The translations under genes and the position numbers were made by a program. DNA of 64,000 nucleotides, from positions 45,942,001 to 46,006,000 of the forward strand of contig NC_135819.1 in NCBI RefSeq assembly GCF_964213995.1, in the 5' to 3' direction. The notes below the pieces were generated by a model that was not told where the DNA came from, did not search any database, and saw nothing but the letters and a program-made list of their open reading frames with translations. Of this stretch, positions 11,981 to 24,715 are shown one piece after another. How positions within the stretch are numbered: the stretch's first letter is position 1; every line of letters begins with the position of its first letter. Source of the stretch: Mustelus asterias (lineage: Eukaryota).

Positions 11981-13220
11981 ATGCAGCCTAAGGTTCTGTG
12001 CAATCTGGAGAATGTGATAAGGACACAGATCTGGTTATGAAAGGAGTTACTCTCTCCCTTGGTACAGTTGTCAGCCCTTCCAAAGTTGTCACCAGTTGGA
12101 TCAGGAACAGGGATGTTTCGCCCCACTGCATTCGTGGAGGTTCTGCTCAGCAGTACTGGTGAATATTCTACCCAAATACAAGAAAGATTTTCCCCCGTCC
12201 ATGAGTGGGAAACTGGCAGGCTGGGCAGTAGGTTGTAAGACAATGTCTATCATAGCATTCCTGCACATGAAATACAACACCCTTAGATCCAACGTACTTG
12301 GCAGCGGATAAGAAAAAGGTTCAACGACATCAGGTAAGCATACGTGCCTTTGTGCATGAGTAGCCTCCACAATAGAATGGGTGGACCAATGTTCAACTGC
12401 TATATCATTCAGTGAGATAAAAGCTGCAAGTCCTGCCAGCAGTTTTCACCTGCTTTTCAACCATCCTTTATTCAGCAAAAAAAAAAGCACATTTGCAGTA
12501 GGACAGAGCGAGATCAGGCGGCTGATAATTCACAGGTCGCCTGCAACACATTCGTGCCATGTTAGATGTGAACTAATGCGAGATGGCATGTACACAGCTG
12601 TGTTGTTTAAAAGGTGCTCAGCCACTTGCAAACATTTTCATTAATGCGTTCTGCCAGCAGGCCAAAGCTACTCACAGCCAGCAGGGGAGGATCCAGCCAG
12701 GTGCTGCAGCAGCCAAGCTCATGCAGCTGTCTAAATTGAAGGAAACGGCCAACATTCTCTCTCTGTGTGTGAATCTGTAGAAGGCATTGGACAGTCGCTA
12801 TCATCATCCAGCAAAAATCTGAGTTTATCACAATCCAATTTAGGACATTATACATCTAAAGCCCCTTTAATAGATTTGCCAGCCAGCCACAGGATGTACA
12901 GGGTTTAATGATATGACCCATCCGTTAGGTATTGTCTGGAGAATGCATCGTAAATCATTTTCCTTTAGATTCTTGTAGAAGATTCATCATGCCTCTCACA
13001 CTTCACAACGTATTAGCTTAAGTGCTCCAGCATCTTGCAGCGCTAACAAAGATATTGGCATGACCTAGAATGTCATAACTTAAGTTTAAGGAAAGGTCAT
13101 TGGATGCAGGAGAAGCCACAAGTAAAGAGAATTCTGGCAGGAAACTCTGTCTTGAGTGTGGTTGGATCATTAAAGAAAGTCAAAGGTAGAAAGGTCAGCA
13201 TGAAAATCCTGGAATACTCG

Positions 13221-13354
13221 TGCTGTGGGTGTACCCACACCTCGACAATTCTGTGGGTGTACCCACACCTCTACAACGCTGTGAGTGTACCCATGCCTCT
13301 ACAATACTGCGGGTGTACCCACACCTCTACAATGCTGCGGGTGTACCCACACCT
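13221..13354 (+). repeat. 28-bp minisatellite, about 4.8 copies
   Basis: Unit tgctgtgggtgtacccacacctctacaa at 13221, 13249, 13277, 13305 and 13333 (partial), embedded in a LINE 3' tail. Confidence 0.9.
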
Positions 13355-13514
13355 TGTGGACTGCAGTGATTGAAGAAGGTGGGCTCGCCATTACTTTCTC
13401 AAAGGCAATCAGGAATAATTGGATGCCGCATCCCTAGAATGGACTTAAAAGATGGGAAGGGAAATAGATTTGGCGACCATAAAAGTAGTGGGGATCACTT
13501 TTGAGGAAAAAACA

Positions 13515-13720
13515 CCGGCACCTTTTGGGGCACACTAAGGAAGAATTTAGCATGGCCAATGCACCTAACCAGCACGTCTTTTGTACTGTGGGAGGAAACT
13601 GGAGCATCTGGAGGAAACCCACACAAACACGGGGAGAATGTGCAAACAGTGACCCAAGTGAGGAATCGAACCCGGATCCCTGATGCTGGGAGGCAGCAGT
13701 GCTAACCACTGTGCCACTGA
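13515..13720 (-). mobile_element. HE1-type V-SINE (alternative-tail type, tail missing)
   Basis: agaatttagcatggccaatgcacctaaccagcac core and reverse tRNA head. Confidence 0.8.
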
Positions 13721-14049
13721 TTAACACAATAGACTAGATTCGAGGATAACGATAACTGTGGTCGCAGATAACACTGTGAGAAAGCAAATGTATCAATGTT
13801 GCATCTCTTTGCTGCTGCAGAAAATCATCTGAATGACAGCAAGCAGTAAAATTTGGGATGGGGAGAGAACGAATGAACATTTTAATGGAGGGTTTGCTCA
13901 AACACTGCAGTCAGCGGTGGTGGGGAAATGAGTCTGGGGTAGGGGAGGTTAGACACAACACAAATCGGAAAAAGCTCACTTTGAGGGAATGAGAATTGAA
14001 GAAAGAAACAGAACTGACAGACAAAGAGAGAGCAGCAAAGGGAAATGTC

Positions 14050-15620
14050 TAAAGAGGTGATCAATACAGTTGAGAAGAAATATATTCCACGAAAAAAGCA
14101 GCCCAAATGAAAGAATGAGTAAGGGCAAAATTGAAACTGAGGACAAAGCATATAACCAAAAGAGTGGATAATAAAAATACAAAGAGCCGAGGAAAGAAGT
14201 TTAAAAAAAAGCTGTTAGGAAAGCAGAGAGGAAATATGAAATTAAATTGTCAAGGCATGTAAAAAGTAATAAATAACAAAAGAAATGTCAGGATAAGGTA
14301 ATGCCACCGAGGAATGCGCACTATGAATTCCCAGGTAATGACAGCAAACTGGCAGAAATAGTGAATAATTATTTTGTCTCAGTATTCAGAATGATTCTTC
14401 ACGTGGTGATATGTAATATGAAGAATTCAACAGCTGCCTGCAACCTGGCTACAAGTCAGAAAATAGGGAGCAGGGGAAAAAGGTCACAACTCAAACTGGC
14501 AGAAGGTGAGAAGAGGTTTTCCACAGGGATCGGTGCTGGAATTACGACTGCTCACTATTTACATCAAGGATTTGGACTTGAATTGGAAGTGCAATTTCAA
14601 GACTGACATATAGCTAAATAGTGCAGAAGGCTGCATGAATAAAGCAATGGGTGTGTAAGTGGCAAATTAATTTTAATAAAGATGTGGGCACGGTGAGGCA
14701 TTTTGGTGGGAGGAATAAGGAGGCCAACTGCTCATTGCAAAAATGAGCAGAAATGTGGTGGATGGGCAAAAGGACAGATTACCGAAAGTAATAACGCAGG
14801 TTAACAAATCTAAAGAAAGTGCAACTTCAACACTGGGGTATTATCTTGATAGGAATAAAGCTGAATGGTAGAGAATAGTGGCACAGTGGTTAGCACTGCT
14901 GCCTCGGGTTCAATTCCAGTCTTGGGTGACTGTCTGTGTGAAGTTTGCACATGCTGCCCGTGTTTCCTCTGGGTGCTACAGTTTCCTCCCACACTCTAAA
15001 GATGTGCAAGTTAGGTCGATTGACCATGCAAAATTGCCCCTTTGTGTCAGGGGCATGGGGTTACAGGGATAGGGCCTGGATAGGATTGTCGTCAGTGCAG
15101 GCTCGATGGGCTGAATGGCCTCTTTCTGCACTGTATGATTCAGTTATACTATGTGATGTTAAGCATGTTCAATCTTGCTCAAACCACATTTTGAAGTACT
15201 GAGTATAGATCTGGCCTCTATATCACAAAAATACAGAGGAAATTACAAAGGTACAAAAATGATTTCGAAGGACAGTGCAAGAACTGAAAGGTCAGAACTA
15301 TCAGGAAAGGCTGAACCAGCAGGGGTGCTTGAAGACCGAGGGGTGACTGACCTCATTGAGGACCTGAAAATTACAAAGTTGTTTGACAGGATAGTTGTAG
15401 AGACAGCTAGGGAGAGGAATCCACAAAGGAGTCGTAGATAGAAGATACAATCACTCAGAAATCCATTAGGGAATTTAGGAGAAACATTTTTTCTAGAGAA
15501 TGATTGGAATGTGGAACTTGCTATCCTGTGGAGTACTTTAGTTAAATTCCTTTAAAGAAAATGAGATAAATACTTGATGGAGAAGGAATAGAAGGATATG
15601 GTGACAGGGTAAGATGACAT
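14050..15620 (+). mobile_element. Highly degraded CR1 LINE with HE1 SINE at about 14878-15150
   Basis: Remnants such as AEIVNNYFVSVF and a CR1 3' region (ttaggagaaacatttt...ggaatgtggaac). SINE head and core are recognisable. Confidence 0.6.
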
Positions 15621-17974
15621 CATGGAAACATAGAAACTAGAAGCAGGAGAAGGCCATTCGGCCCTTTGAGCCTGCTCCACCATTCATCTTGATCATGGCT
15701 GATCACTGAATTCAATATCCTGATTCCCCCTTCCTCCTATATCCCTTGATCCCTTTAGCCCCAATAGATGGGGAAGGGGAGGTTCATGTGGGGCATAAAC
15801 ACCAGCACAGAGTGGTTGGGTTGAACAGCCTGGTCCTGTGCTGTAAATTCAATGTACAAATGACCTGCCAGACTGAGGTTAGTGGGACAAGGAAGGAAAT
15901 GAAAGACTCTGTACGTGAGGGTGTGTGTGTGGGGGGGGAGAGATTCTTCCTGATGTAGATAAAAACAGCATAGTTGATGCCAAGAGCAGGATAAAATAAG
16001 TAAGGACGTAATTCAGAATAAGATCAGAAAATCAGCTGAGCAGGTTGACAGCACCAAAGTTCTTAAGAGGCCCAATCTGATGATATGTTCAATTTACCTG
16101 GAGTGACAGCAGCTTTCTTCGTGCATGTACAAGTCAAACATCAAGTTAAACTTAGTAACATATCGCCGAAAAAATTAGTGCTTTTTCAGCTTGAAGTCAT
16201 GAGATTAGGAGTTAAATAAATTTGAAATTGCAAAAGTTATCCTTAATGACTTGGTTCATGTGCTAGTAAAAACAGATGACAAAGATTTGGATCAATGTAG
16301 TTCATCGGAATTTTAAAGACAAAAAAATTGCATTACCCACAGGACACTGGTTTAAAATTAAAACTTAATAAAATTTAACTTGCATGGGGTCTTGGTTGTC
16401 ATCGAAGAAACATTATTTCCAAAAAGCTGTCATCACTATCCACAGAAACTCCTGGTTTTGCTTTTTATCAGTAACTGATTAAAGATGCACTTTATATCTT
16501 CTACTGTATCTGAGATTCCTCCTCTAGTATTACAACATGTAAGTAGACAGTCACTATATCCTCATGTTTAACCCCTTCAAGGTGGCATTGGAGGCACACC
16601 TTGCTCCCCCTCGGACAATATCAACACATCAAACTGTGAAAAAAAAACCTGCAATTCTTTCAGAGTTAACTCGGACAGATAATGAGCTATAATCAGTGCG
16701 GGCTATGCAAGCAGCAAGAATGAACATTCAAGGCGGTTAATTCAAGAATTTTACAACAACTGAAACATGAATTATTCAATTTTCATTAATGAACAATTAG
16801 ATGCTATTGAGTAAAGGATATTTGAAAAGTCACTGAGAAGAGCAATTATATCCGCTTCTGAATACTCTTGCATGCTTTGAGATTTGATCTCCTGTGAAAA
16901 ACGTGGGATTTACTTAATTTCACAATAGATACACACAGCAAGCAAAAAAAGTGTTTATAAAATTGCATAATATAACCTATAATACCCAGCAAAAGATTCA
17001 TCCACAGAGCAGTTTTTTTTTCCTATTAATAGATGTGTGTACGTGTTCTCCAGTCTTTGTTGCATTAAAGATATGATATAGTGTGCACAGAGCACATATA
17101 AAATCTGTTGAACAATTAACTTAGAAGTGAAAATGCAATAGGGGCTATTTGCCATCTCAGGGTGAGGTTTTCTCCCGCTGGATATTTGCAAATATTTTGC
17201 AGTCACAATGCCAACAAAACTTACCAGTGTTCACCATCATTATAACTGGGAAACTGATCGTAACGTCTAGTGTCCACACACACATGGTTAAATGGAGCTG
17301 ACAGTGATTCCCTCCACCTCCAAGCGGCACCCTGTTCAACTCTCCACAGCTGGATGTCTTTGGAAAGCACTAAGCTCTCATTGTTTGAAAACGTTCGAAA
17401 ACATTCTGCTTCATTTAATGAACTTTCAGAGAGTTTTTATTGGCAGACTAAGTTCATTTTTTTTTCACTTTATTTGGGATATTTCTGCTTCTACCTTATT
17501 CCCATGTCTGTGCCTTAGATATGAATTCAAAATCTTAATTTTGCTGTGTCAGTAATTCAAAAGTGTAGGGCAATAAGTTCTTTCTTTACTTCCTGGTCAG
17601 CTGTCTGTGGGAATTCTTCAGTGTGATTGGCTGCGTAGCCTGCTTCCTAATGTCACTTTTGCTGGACCCCAGAGATAACCTTCAGCTGACACCAGAATTA
17701 AATTAAAATCGCAAAAGTTAAAAATGACACCACAGGAATCGCTAAACCTGGGCCTGGTGAGTGCCGTCACATTGTAATTGGCCATAAAATTCGAGCCATT
17801 ATTTTAAAAGATTCTTGCATTTAAAACCTAATTTCTATCTGTTCAAACATTGGACTCCTGTCTCAACAATCACAATATTAACACGTCATTCGCATGTAAT
17901 GTTTCTCTGAGCCAAACGATACAACTGAATGGTTGCCACGAATCGGGAAGAGGTAATTACATGCAATTGTTAAA

Positions 17975-18955
17975 AAATTATTCATGGGATGTGGGCATCA
18001 GTGGAAAGGCCTGCATTTTTTTACCTGTCCTTAACTGTCTTTGAGAAGGTGGTGGTAAACCACATTATGGAACCATCACAGTCCGTGTGGGGTAGATATA
18101 TCCAGAGTGCTATTAATTAGGTAGGGAGGTACAGGATTTTGACCCAGCGACAATGAAGGGTCTGCAATATATTTCAAAGTCTGGGGGATGTGTGATTTGG
18201 AGGGGAACCTGCTGATGGTCGAGTTCTTGCGTTCCTGCTGTCCCTGTTCTCGGTGATAGAGGTCATGATAGAGGTCCCTCATGGGTGTGGAAGGTGCTGT
18301 CAAAGGTGATTGCTGCATATTGTATGTGGTATCCTGTATGTGGTGCACCTGCCACCACTGCGCACAGGTGGTGGAGAAATGAATATTGAGGGAGGTTTGT
18401 CGATTGCCAATCAAGAGGATTGCTTTGTCCCAGATGGTGTCAAGCTTCTAGAATATTGTTCATCTAGGCAACTGAAGAATATTCCATCACAGTCCTGACT
18501 TGTGCCTTATTTATTTATCAATTCATGTCACAAGTAGGCTTACATTAACACTGTAATGATGTTACAGTGGTTCCATATTGTAGCTTCACCAGGCTGGCAC
18601 CTCATCTTTAGTTATGCCTGTAGCAGAACTGGCATTACACCCCTATACTCCTCATTGAACCAAGATTGATCCCCTGTCTTGATGGCAGTGGTGGAGTGAG
18701 GGATATGCCAGGCTATGTTTTTACAGGTTGTGTTGGAATACAATTCTGCTACTGCTGATGGCTCACAGCGCCTCATGGATGCCCAGTTTTGACCCATTTG
18801 ATCTGATCCGAATCTACCAATTTCGGACAGTTGTACCATCACCCAAAATGATGGGCAGTGCCTTTAGTGCGAAGAAGGAACTTTGCCTCCACAAGGACAG
18901 TGTTGTGGTCTCTCCCAGCAACACTGTCACAGACAAATGCATCTGTGGCAGGTAT
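17975..18955 (-). mobile_element. Degraded CR1-clade LINE 3' region (second family)
   Basis: Tail ttcatgggatgtgggcatc...gagaaggtggtgg...ggattttgacccagcgaca, shared with 21610-21950, 25175-25395 and 34130-34325. Confidence 0.7.
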
Positions 18956-20074
18956 CACGGTATGCTGCGGTTACTCGCAATCGTCCTGTCTGAAAATAAA
19001 ATCATTGTATAGGTGATGTTCGGCGCATGAGAAACCCAAATTATATTCGTAGCCACATCGTCAAGAATTGAGAAAAAGGAGTGTTTTCAGATATTTTGTT
19101 CATATGATTCAGAAATACCCGTATTATCATACCTATCTCAGCAGCAATATCTGCAGTCAACTTATCTATTTATATACAAAGCTGCCAACTGTTAAAAGAT
19201 AAATCCTATGATTCCATTTACTCAGATTATATATATTAACCTCAATTTTAAAAACATGTGCCCACTTGGAGATTCAGGCTCACAGTATGATCATAGACTT
19301 GTCTCCACAAACCAATTTTATAGTAAACACCATCACTAGAGACCTCATTTTATTGTTTATTTTCACTTATTTTCTAATAGTTAGATAAAGAGTAACGGCA
19401 TTCCAGAGCTTCATTGCCTGTCACATCCCCACAGATTATGTCTCAAAGTTTTGGTTGTATCTTTTCAAATGATCCCAGCGATCACAGACTTTCAGGGACG
19501 GGAGAAAGGATTAATTTTACAGTTGAACCTTCATGATGGCTATCAGCAACTTAAATCGGTCTTCGTACATATTCGCAACGTGCAATCAAAGATGTGAGTG
19601 TATCAACCCACCCTACATACGTTCTACAATATTAATTAGATAAATTGATTCCAATTAATCCAACAATAATTTTTCCCTCTTGTGCTGTGACCTATCTTGA
19701 GTTTGCCCACCAGCTTTGTTGCAATGCCAACAGCACCTTTAGAAAAAAATCACTGTAAATGGGAATTAAGAACCAAGGATTCAACAGTAAGACAGGAGAA
19801 AGAAATTTCAACGGGAAAGTCAATATGCAGTGCCACTCGGCTGTGACGAAACAGCAAAAACTTACACAATGGTTTCAAAGTAAAAAAACGGATATCCTTC
19901 TTTCCTCTTGGCCCTTCATGTGAAAAGAGTTCTGGCCTTGACCTAACTAGCTGTAAAACATTTTACTGTTCGAGTACAACAGTATACGTCCAAAACACCT
20001 TAAATGCAGTAAAATATTCCAAGCTGTTTCATAAGAGCATTCTCAAACAAAGTTTAACAGACAGAGGGAGATAT

Positions 20075-20390
20075 AGAATCCCTACAGTGCAGGTGGTGGT
20101 AATTCAGCCCATTGAGTCTGCACCAACCACACTCCCATCCAGACACTATACCCATAACCACACGTACTCTGCTAGTCCCCCTGACATTAAGGGGCAATTT
20201 AACATGGCCAATTCACCTAACACGCACATCTCTGGAGTGTGGAAGGAAACCAGAGCACCTGGAGGAAACCCACGCAGACACTGGGAGAATGTGCAAACTC
20301 CACACAGACAGTAACCCAAGCCAGGAATCAAACCCGGGCCTCTGGCGTTGTGAGGCAGCAATGCTAACCACTGTGCCACCATGCCGCCCA
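20075..20390 (-). mobile_element. HE1-type V-SINE
   Basis: Reverse head, core and tagaatccctacagtgcag tail. Confidence 0.88.
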
Positions 20391-20394
20391 TAGG

Positions 20395-20760
20395 ACATAG
20401 GACAGATAACCAAAAGCTTGATCAAAGATGTGGGTCTTAAGGAAAGTATTAAAGAAGCAGTGAGAGATAGAGGCGCTCAGGAGTTGAGGCAGGGATTCTC
20501 AGACCTTAGGGCCAATGGTGGAGGCTATGATCAGAGATGTACAAGAAGACAAAATTGGAGGAGTGCAAAGACTACTAAGGCTTGGAGGACAGGAGGAGGG
20601 AACAAAGGTAGGAAATGGTGAGGATATGGAGGGATTTGAAAATAAGGATGAGAATTTCAAAATGAATGCGCTGCCAGACTGAGAGCCAATGTAAGTCAAT
20701 AAGCAAGCACAGGGATGGTGGGCCAAAAGCACTTGGTGCAAGTTAGGGTATGGACAATAG
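20395..20760 (-). mobile_element. Degraded L2-like LINE 3' fragment
   Basis: ggtcttaagga...gagggatttgaaaataaggatgagaattt...gagccaatgtaagtc pattern typical of old L2 3' ends. Recognition only. Confidence 0.5.
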
Positions 20761-21284
20761 GGTTTCATAAATATCAGAAAGGCCTCATCATTTGGCTTTC
20801 ATGAAAATAACACACATTTTACAACATTTCTAAAAAGTTGCCAACTTTCTTTTTAAAGCTTGGAAAAGACACGGAAGCTTACAACAGCTCAAATCATTTT
20901 GATTTTTTTCACCCTCGTCCATTCCCACTAATTGCATGGCAATTCCGAAATAATCATTTTAGCTGTACCTAATTCAGTAGCAATTTAATTACATTTGCAT
21001 TTGGCAGCATAGCAAATTGACAATATGAAGAGAAGGGGACGTGATTGCTACTTAATAATGATCATAAAATAATAATTAATTGATTGGGAACTGATTCCTA
21101 AAGCCCTTTGTGACTTTCAGTGTTGGTCTTTTAATAAAGCTGCTCTGGCCCAGGAAATACCCTCTTCACAGGTTTCCTGCCCCATGTTAAATCATCCCTC
21201 CCTGACACTCAGGAATCCACATTTGGTCATGCATAATATGTATGACAAATAAAGGAGGATCTTTTATTTAATTCATTTACGGCC

Positions 21285-21610
21285 AGCGCGGGTGGTTAGC
21301 ACTGCTGCCTCACAGCAGCAGGGACCTGGGTTCGATTCCCGACTTGGGTCACTGTCTGTGCGGAGTCTGTATGTTCTCCCCGTGTCTGTGTGGGTTTCCT
21401 CTGGGTTCTCCCGTTTACTTTCACAGTCCAAACGACGCGCTGGTTTGGCCATGGTAAATTCTCCTTCAGTTTGGATACCCAAACAGGCGCCGGAGTGTGG
21501 CGACTAGGGGATTTTCACAGTAACTTCATTGCAGTGTTAATGTCAGCTTACCTGTGACTAATAAACAAATAAACTTTAAAAAAACTTTAATAAACTTTAA
21601 AACTTTAAAA
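21285..21610 (+). mobile_element. HE1-type V-SINE, alternative-tail subfamily
   Basis: Head and core, then gccggagtgtggcgactaggggattttcacagtaacttc...(taaactt)n. Confidence 0.88.
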
Positions 21611-21950
21611 GGGATGTGGGCATCACTGGCGAGGCCAGCATTTATTGCCCATGCCTAGTTGCTCTTCAGAAGGTGATGGCAAGCTTCTTTCTTGCAATCC
21701 CCACTACTGTCATGGAGGGAGTTCCAGGATTTTGACCAAACGACAGTGAAGGAAGAGCAATATGTTTCCAAGTCAGGATGGTGAGTGAGTTGAAGGGGAA
21801 GCTCCAGGTGGTAGTGTTTCCAGGTATCTGCTGCCTTTGGTCCTGCGAGATGGTAGGGGTCATGAGTTTGAAAGGTGCTGCCTAAGGAACCTCGGTGAGT
21901 TCCTTCAGTGCATCTTGCAGATGGTACACACGGCTGCCACTGTTCGTCGG
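21611..21950 (-). mobile_element. CR1-clade LINE 3' fragment (second family)
   Basis: gggatgtgggcatcactggc...ttccaggattttgacc tail. Confidence 0.75.
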
Positions 21951-22639
21951 TTAACAAATAATAACCTCCATGTGCATCATATATATATTCATCACTGATT
22001 TAACATATTTATATTTATTCATACACCACTAATTTTATGCCATGGTGCTGAGACTCAAACTGTACCAAGAGGAGCAAGAGCCTAAACATTGCACAGGCAG
22101 AGCAGCAGTGATAGCAATTTATTTCACTGCAGTTTGTGTCTGCTCATGTATATTCACAGAGAATCATAAATATTTCAGCACAGGAGATGACCACTCACCC
22201 TAGTTGCTAGTTCCACATCAAAGCTATCTCCATTTTCCCATCTCGCTTGGATCCTTGAATATTTTCTTCTACTATTTTCGGTTAATCAAGGCCTTTTAAT
22301 TCTATTGTTTTATTTCCATTCAGCACATAAATCAGAATAATCATTATAATAAATAATAAAGTGTTTATTGTAACTAAAAAAGCTAACAAATTATGAGTAC
22401 AGGATGCTGCGTTGAAATACTCCCACTGAAAACCTCCTCATAGTAAAGAAGTTAATGACAGCCACTTTTCTGAGCATGGCAAACTCTGAAATCCAATCCC
22501 CGCTGATGAAGCCAGTGCGGAGGCTGTTAAACTTTGCACCGCAAGTTAATTGCCTTCGAAAACCAGCCAATTACTGAGTCCTGAGCCTTTTAAAAAAATA
22601 TAATAACATAAGCCTAAGGTCTCTGTTCCAAAAGAAAGT

Positions 22640-22805
22640 CTGAAAGACGTGCTGATTAGGTGGCTTGGCCACGCTAAATTCTCCCTCCGTGTACCTGAAC
22701 AGTTGCCGGAGTGTGGCAACTAAGGGATTTTCATAGTAACTTCATTGCAGTGTTAATGTAAGCCTACTTGTGACAATAATAAATAAACTTTACAAAAACT
22801 TTACA
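22640..22805 (+). mobile_element. Alternative-tail V-SINE, 5'-truncated
   Basis: ctgaaagacgtgctg...aagcctacttgtgacaataataaataaacttt. Confidence 0.8.
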
Positions 22806-23189
22806 AAGTGTGAAAGACTAAAACACAACACTTCAAGTGGTTTGAGTCGTAGGATTCAGATTATTATAAAATCAAAGTGGCAATATTGACATATTGTGAT
22901 CGTTTACTTCTCATAATTTTGTCTCAAAGTACAGAAGAATCAACGGACTTTACAAGGAGAGATGAAGACAGAAAGCTGACACGGATGGTGACTGGCTCGA
23001 TATGGCTTTTCAGACTGAAGCGTGATGCAGCCTGTATAACCGGTGGCCTGCTTCCGCTGGCTTAGAAATAGAACCATTTAAAGCTCCATTCTGTAACCTC
23101 GTCCAATCCAGTAAACTGTAACATATCAAAATTCACTTTTATCAAATTTGCAGGAGGCAACGTTTTGTCACGCTGAGGTGCAGGGAAAC

Positions 23190-24715
23190 AAAATTGTGAA
23201 AAAAGTTGCTTTCTCACATTATATTTGCTTCTTTTGCAAAGTAATTTAAATCTGTGACCTCTTGGTCTTGATCCTTTTCTGAGCAGGAACTGTTTCTCCC
23301 TATCCATTCTGTTCTGCCCCCTCATGATTTTGAACACCTCCATCTATGTTCTATCAAATCTCCTTTTAGCTTTTTCCTCTTGAAGGAGAACAGTCCCAAC
23401 TTCTCCAATCCATCCACATAATTTCTCATCCCTGGAACCATTCTAGTGAACCTCTTCTCTCTACAACGCGTTCACATCTTTCCGAAAGTATCGCACCCAG
23501 AACTGTACACAGTACTCCAGCTGAGGTTTGACTGGTGTCCAAACAAGTTCAGCATAACCTTCTTACTCCTGTGCTCTATGCCCACATTAATGAAGCCCAG
23601 AATACTGTATGCTTTATTAACTGCCGCCTCCACCTGTCCTGCCACCTTCAATGATCTGGACACATATATAGCAAGCCCTCTCTGCTCCTGCACCTCCTTT
23701 AGAGCTGTACCCCTTACTTGATATTGTTTCTCCACGTTCTTCCTCCCAAAATGAATCATCTCACAATTCTACACTATTCTCCTCACAGTTTACAATGCTT
23801 CCAAGTTTTGTATTATCCACAGAGTTTGAAACTGCCCCTCTGGTCTCGATCTTCATATATAATCAGGAAAAGCAAGGTTCCCAATACTGACACCTGGGGA
23901 AATCCACTACAAACCTTCCTGCAGCCTGAAAAATATCCATTAACCAGCACACACAGTTTGTTACTATTCAGCCAAATTTGTATCCATATCCTTTTTATTC
24001 CATGAGTTATAATTTCTCGCACAGATCTGGGGGCGATTCTCCCAGTCCGCTGCGTTGCCAGGAGACTCAAGCAGAGGCTATTTAGCCGGATTCCTGCTGG
24101 GTGCCACGGCCTCCACACGTCTCCGGCCGCCGGATTTCCGGATTATGTTAATGTTGATTTACATCTTCTGAGCAGGCCTGAACTGAAGTCTCTGGGCCCA
24201 CTAGCCTCCCCCCCCAAATCGCCCCCCCGCCCCCCCCACCACCACCACTCCCCCCCAAGCAGGGTTTACAACAGCTCCCCACCAGCGGGGAGTTGGCGGC
24301 CCACTGGAGTGAAGGGGGACCATGGAGGCCCCCCAGAATGTCTGGGGTAAGGGGGGGGGGGGTTCCCCCGGGGCGTTGTCAGCTTGGCAGTGCCAGCCTG
24401 GCCCCTGGCACTGCCCAAGCAGCAAAATGGCAATGCCCAGGGGGCACCTTTGCACTGCTCACCAGGCATCAGGCAGTGCCAAAGTGCCCCCTGTTTACTC
24501 CAATTTTTATGTGAATTCGACACTTAGAATTTTTTTTGGGGGGGATTCTCACTGTATGGCACTGTTTTTGAAATTCCATGTACACCACACCAACAGCGTT
24601 ACGCTCATTAGCCCAATCTGTTGCCTCTTGAATAAAATCCAACATGCTCATTAAACATGATTTTCCTTTAAGAAATCCATGCTGGGCCTTCCTAATCAAC
24701 TGATCCCACTTTGAA
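23190..24715 (-). mobile_element. Degraded CR1 LINE interrupted by a MITE-like element
   Basis: ORF remnants EVFKIMRG..RGHRFK, AVNKAYSILGFI, GFPQVSVLGTLLFLI, QHGFLKGKSCL. Confidence 0.85.
24029..24550. mobile_element. GC-rich MITE-like non-autonomous DNA element (possibly PIF/Harbinger-type)
   Basis: Starts gggggcgattctcc, GC-rich internal palindromes (ttggcagtgccag / tggcactgcccaa), and splits the CR1. Confidence 0.55.

Noticed and set aside
13221-13354. CRISPR-like palindromic 28-bp repeats
   Set aside because: The units are directly tandem with no unique spacers, lie inside a LINE tail, and there are no cas genes in this vertebrate context.
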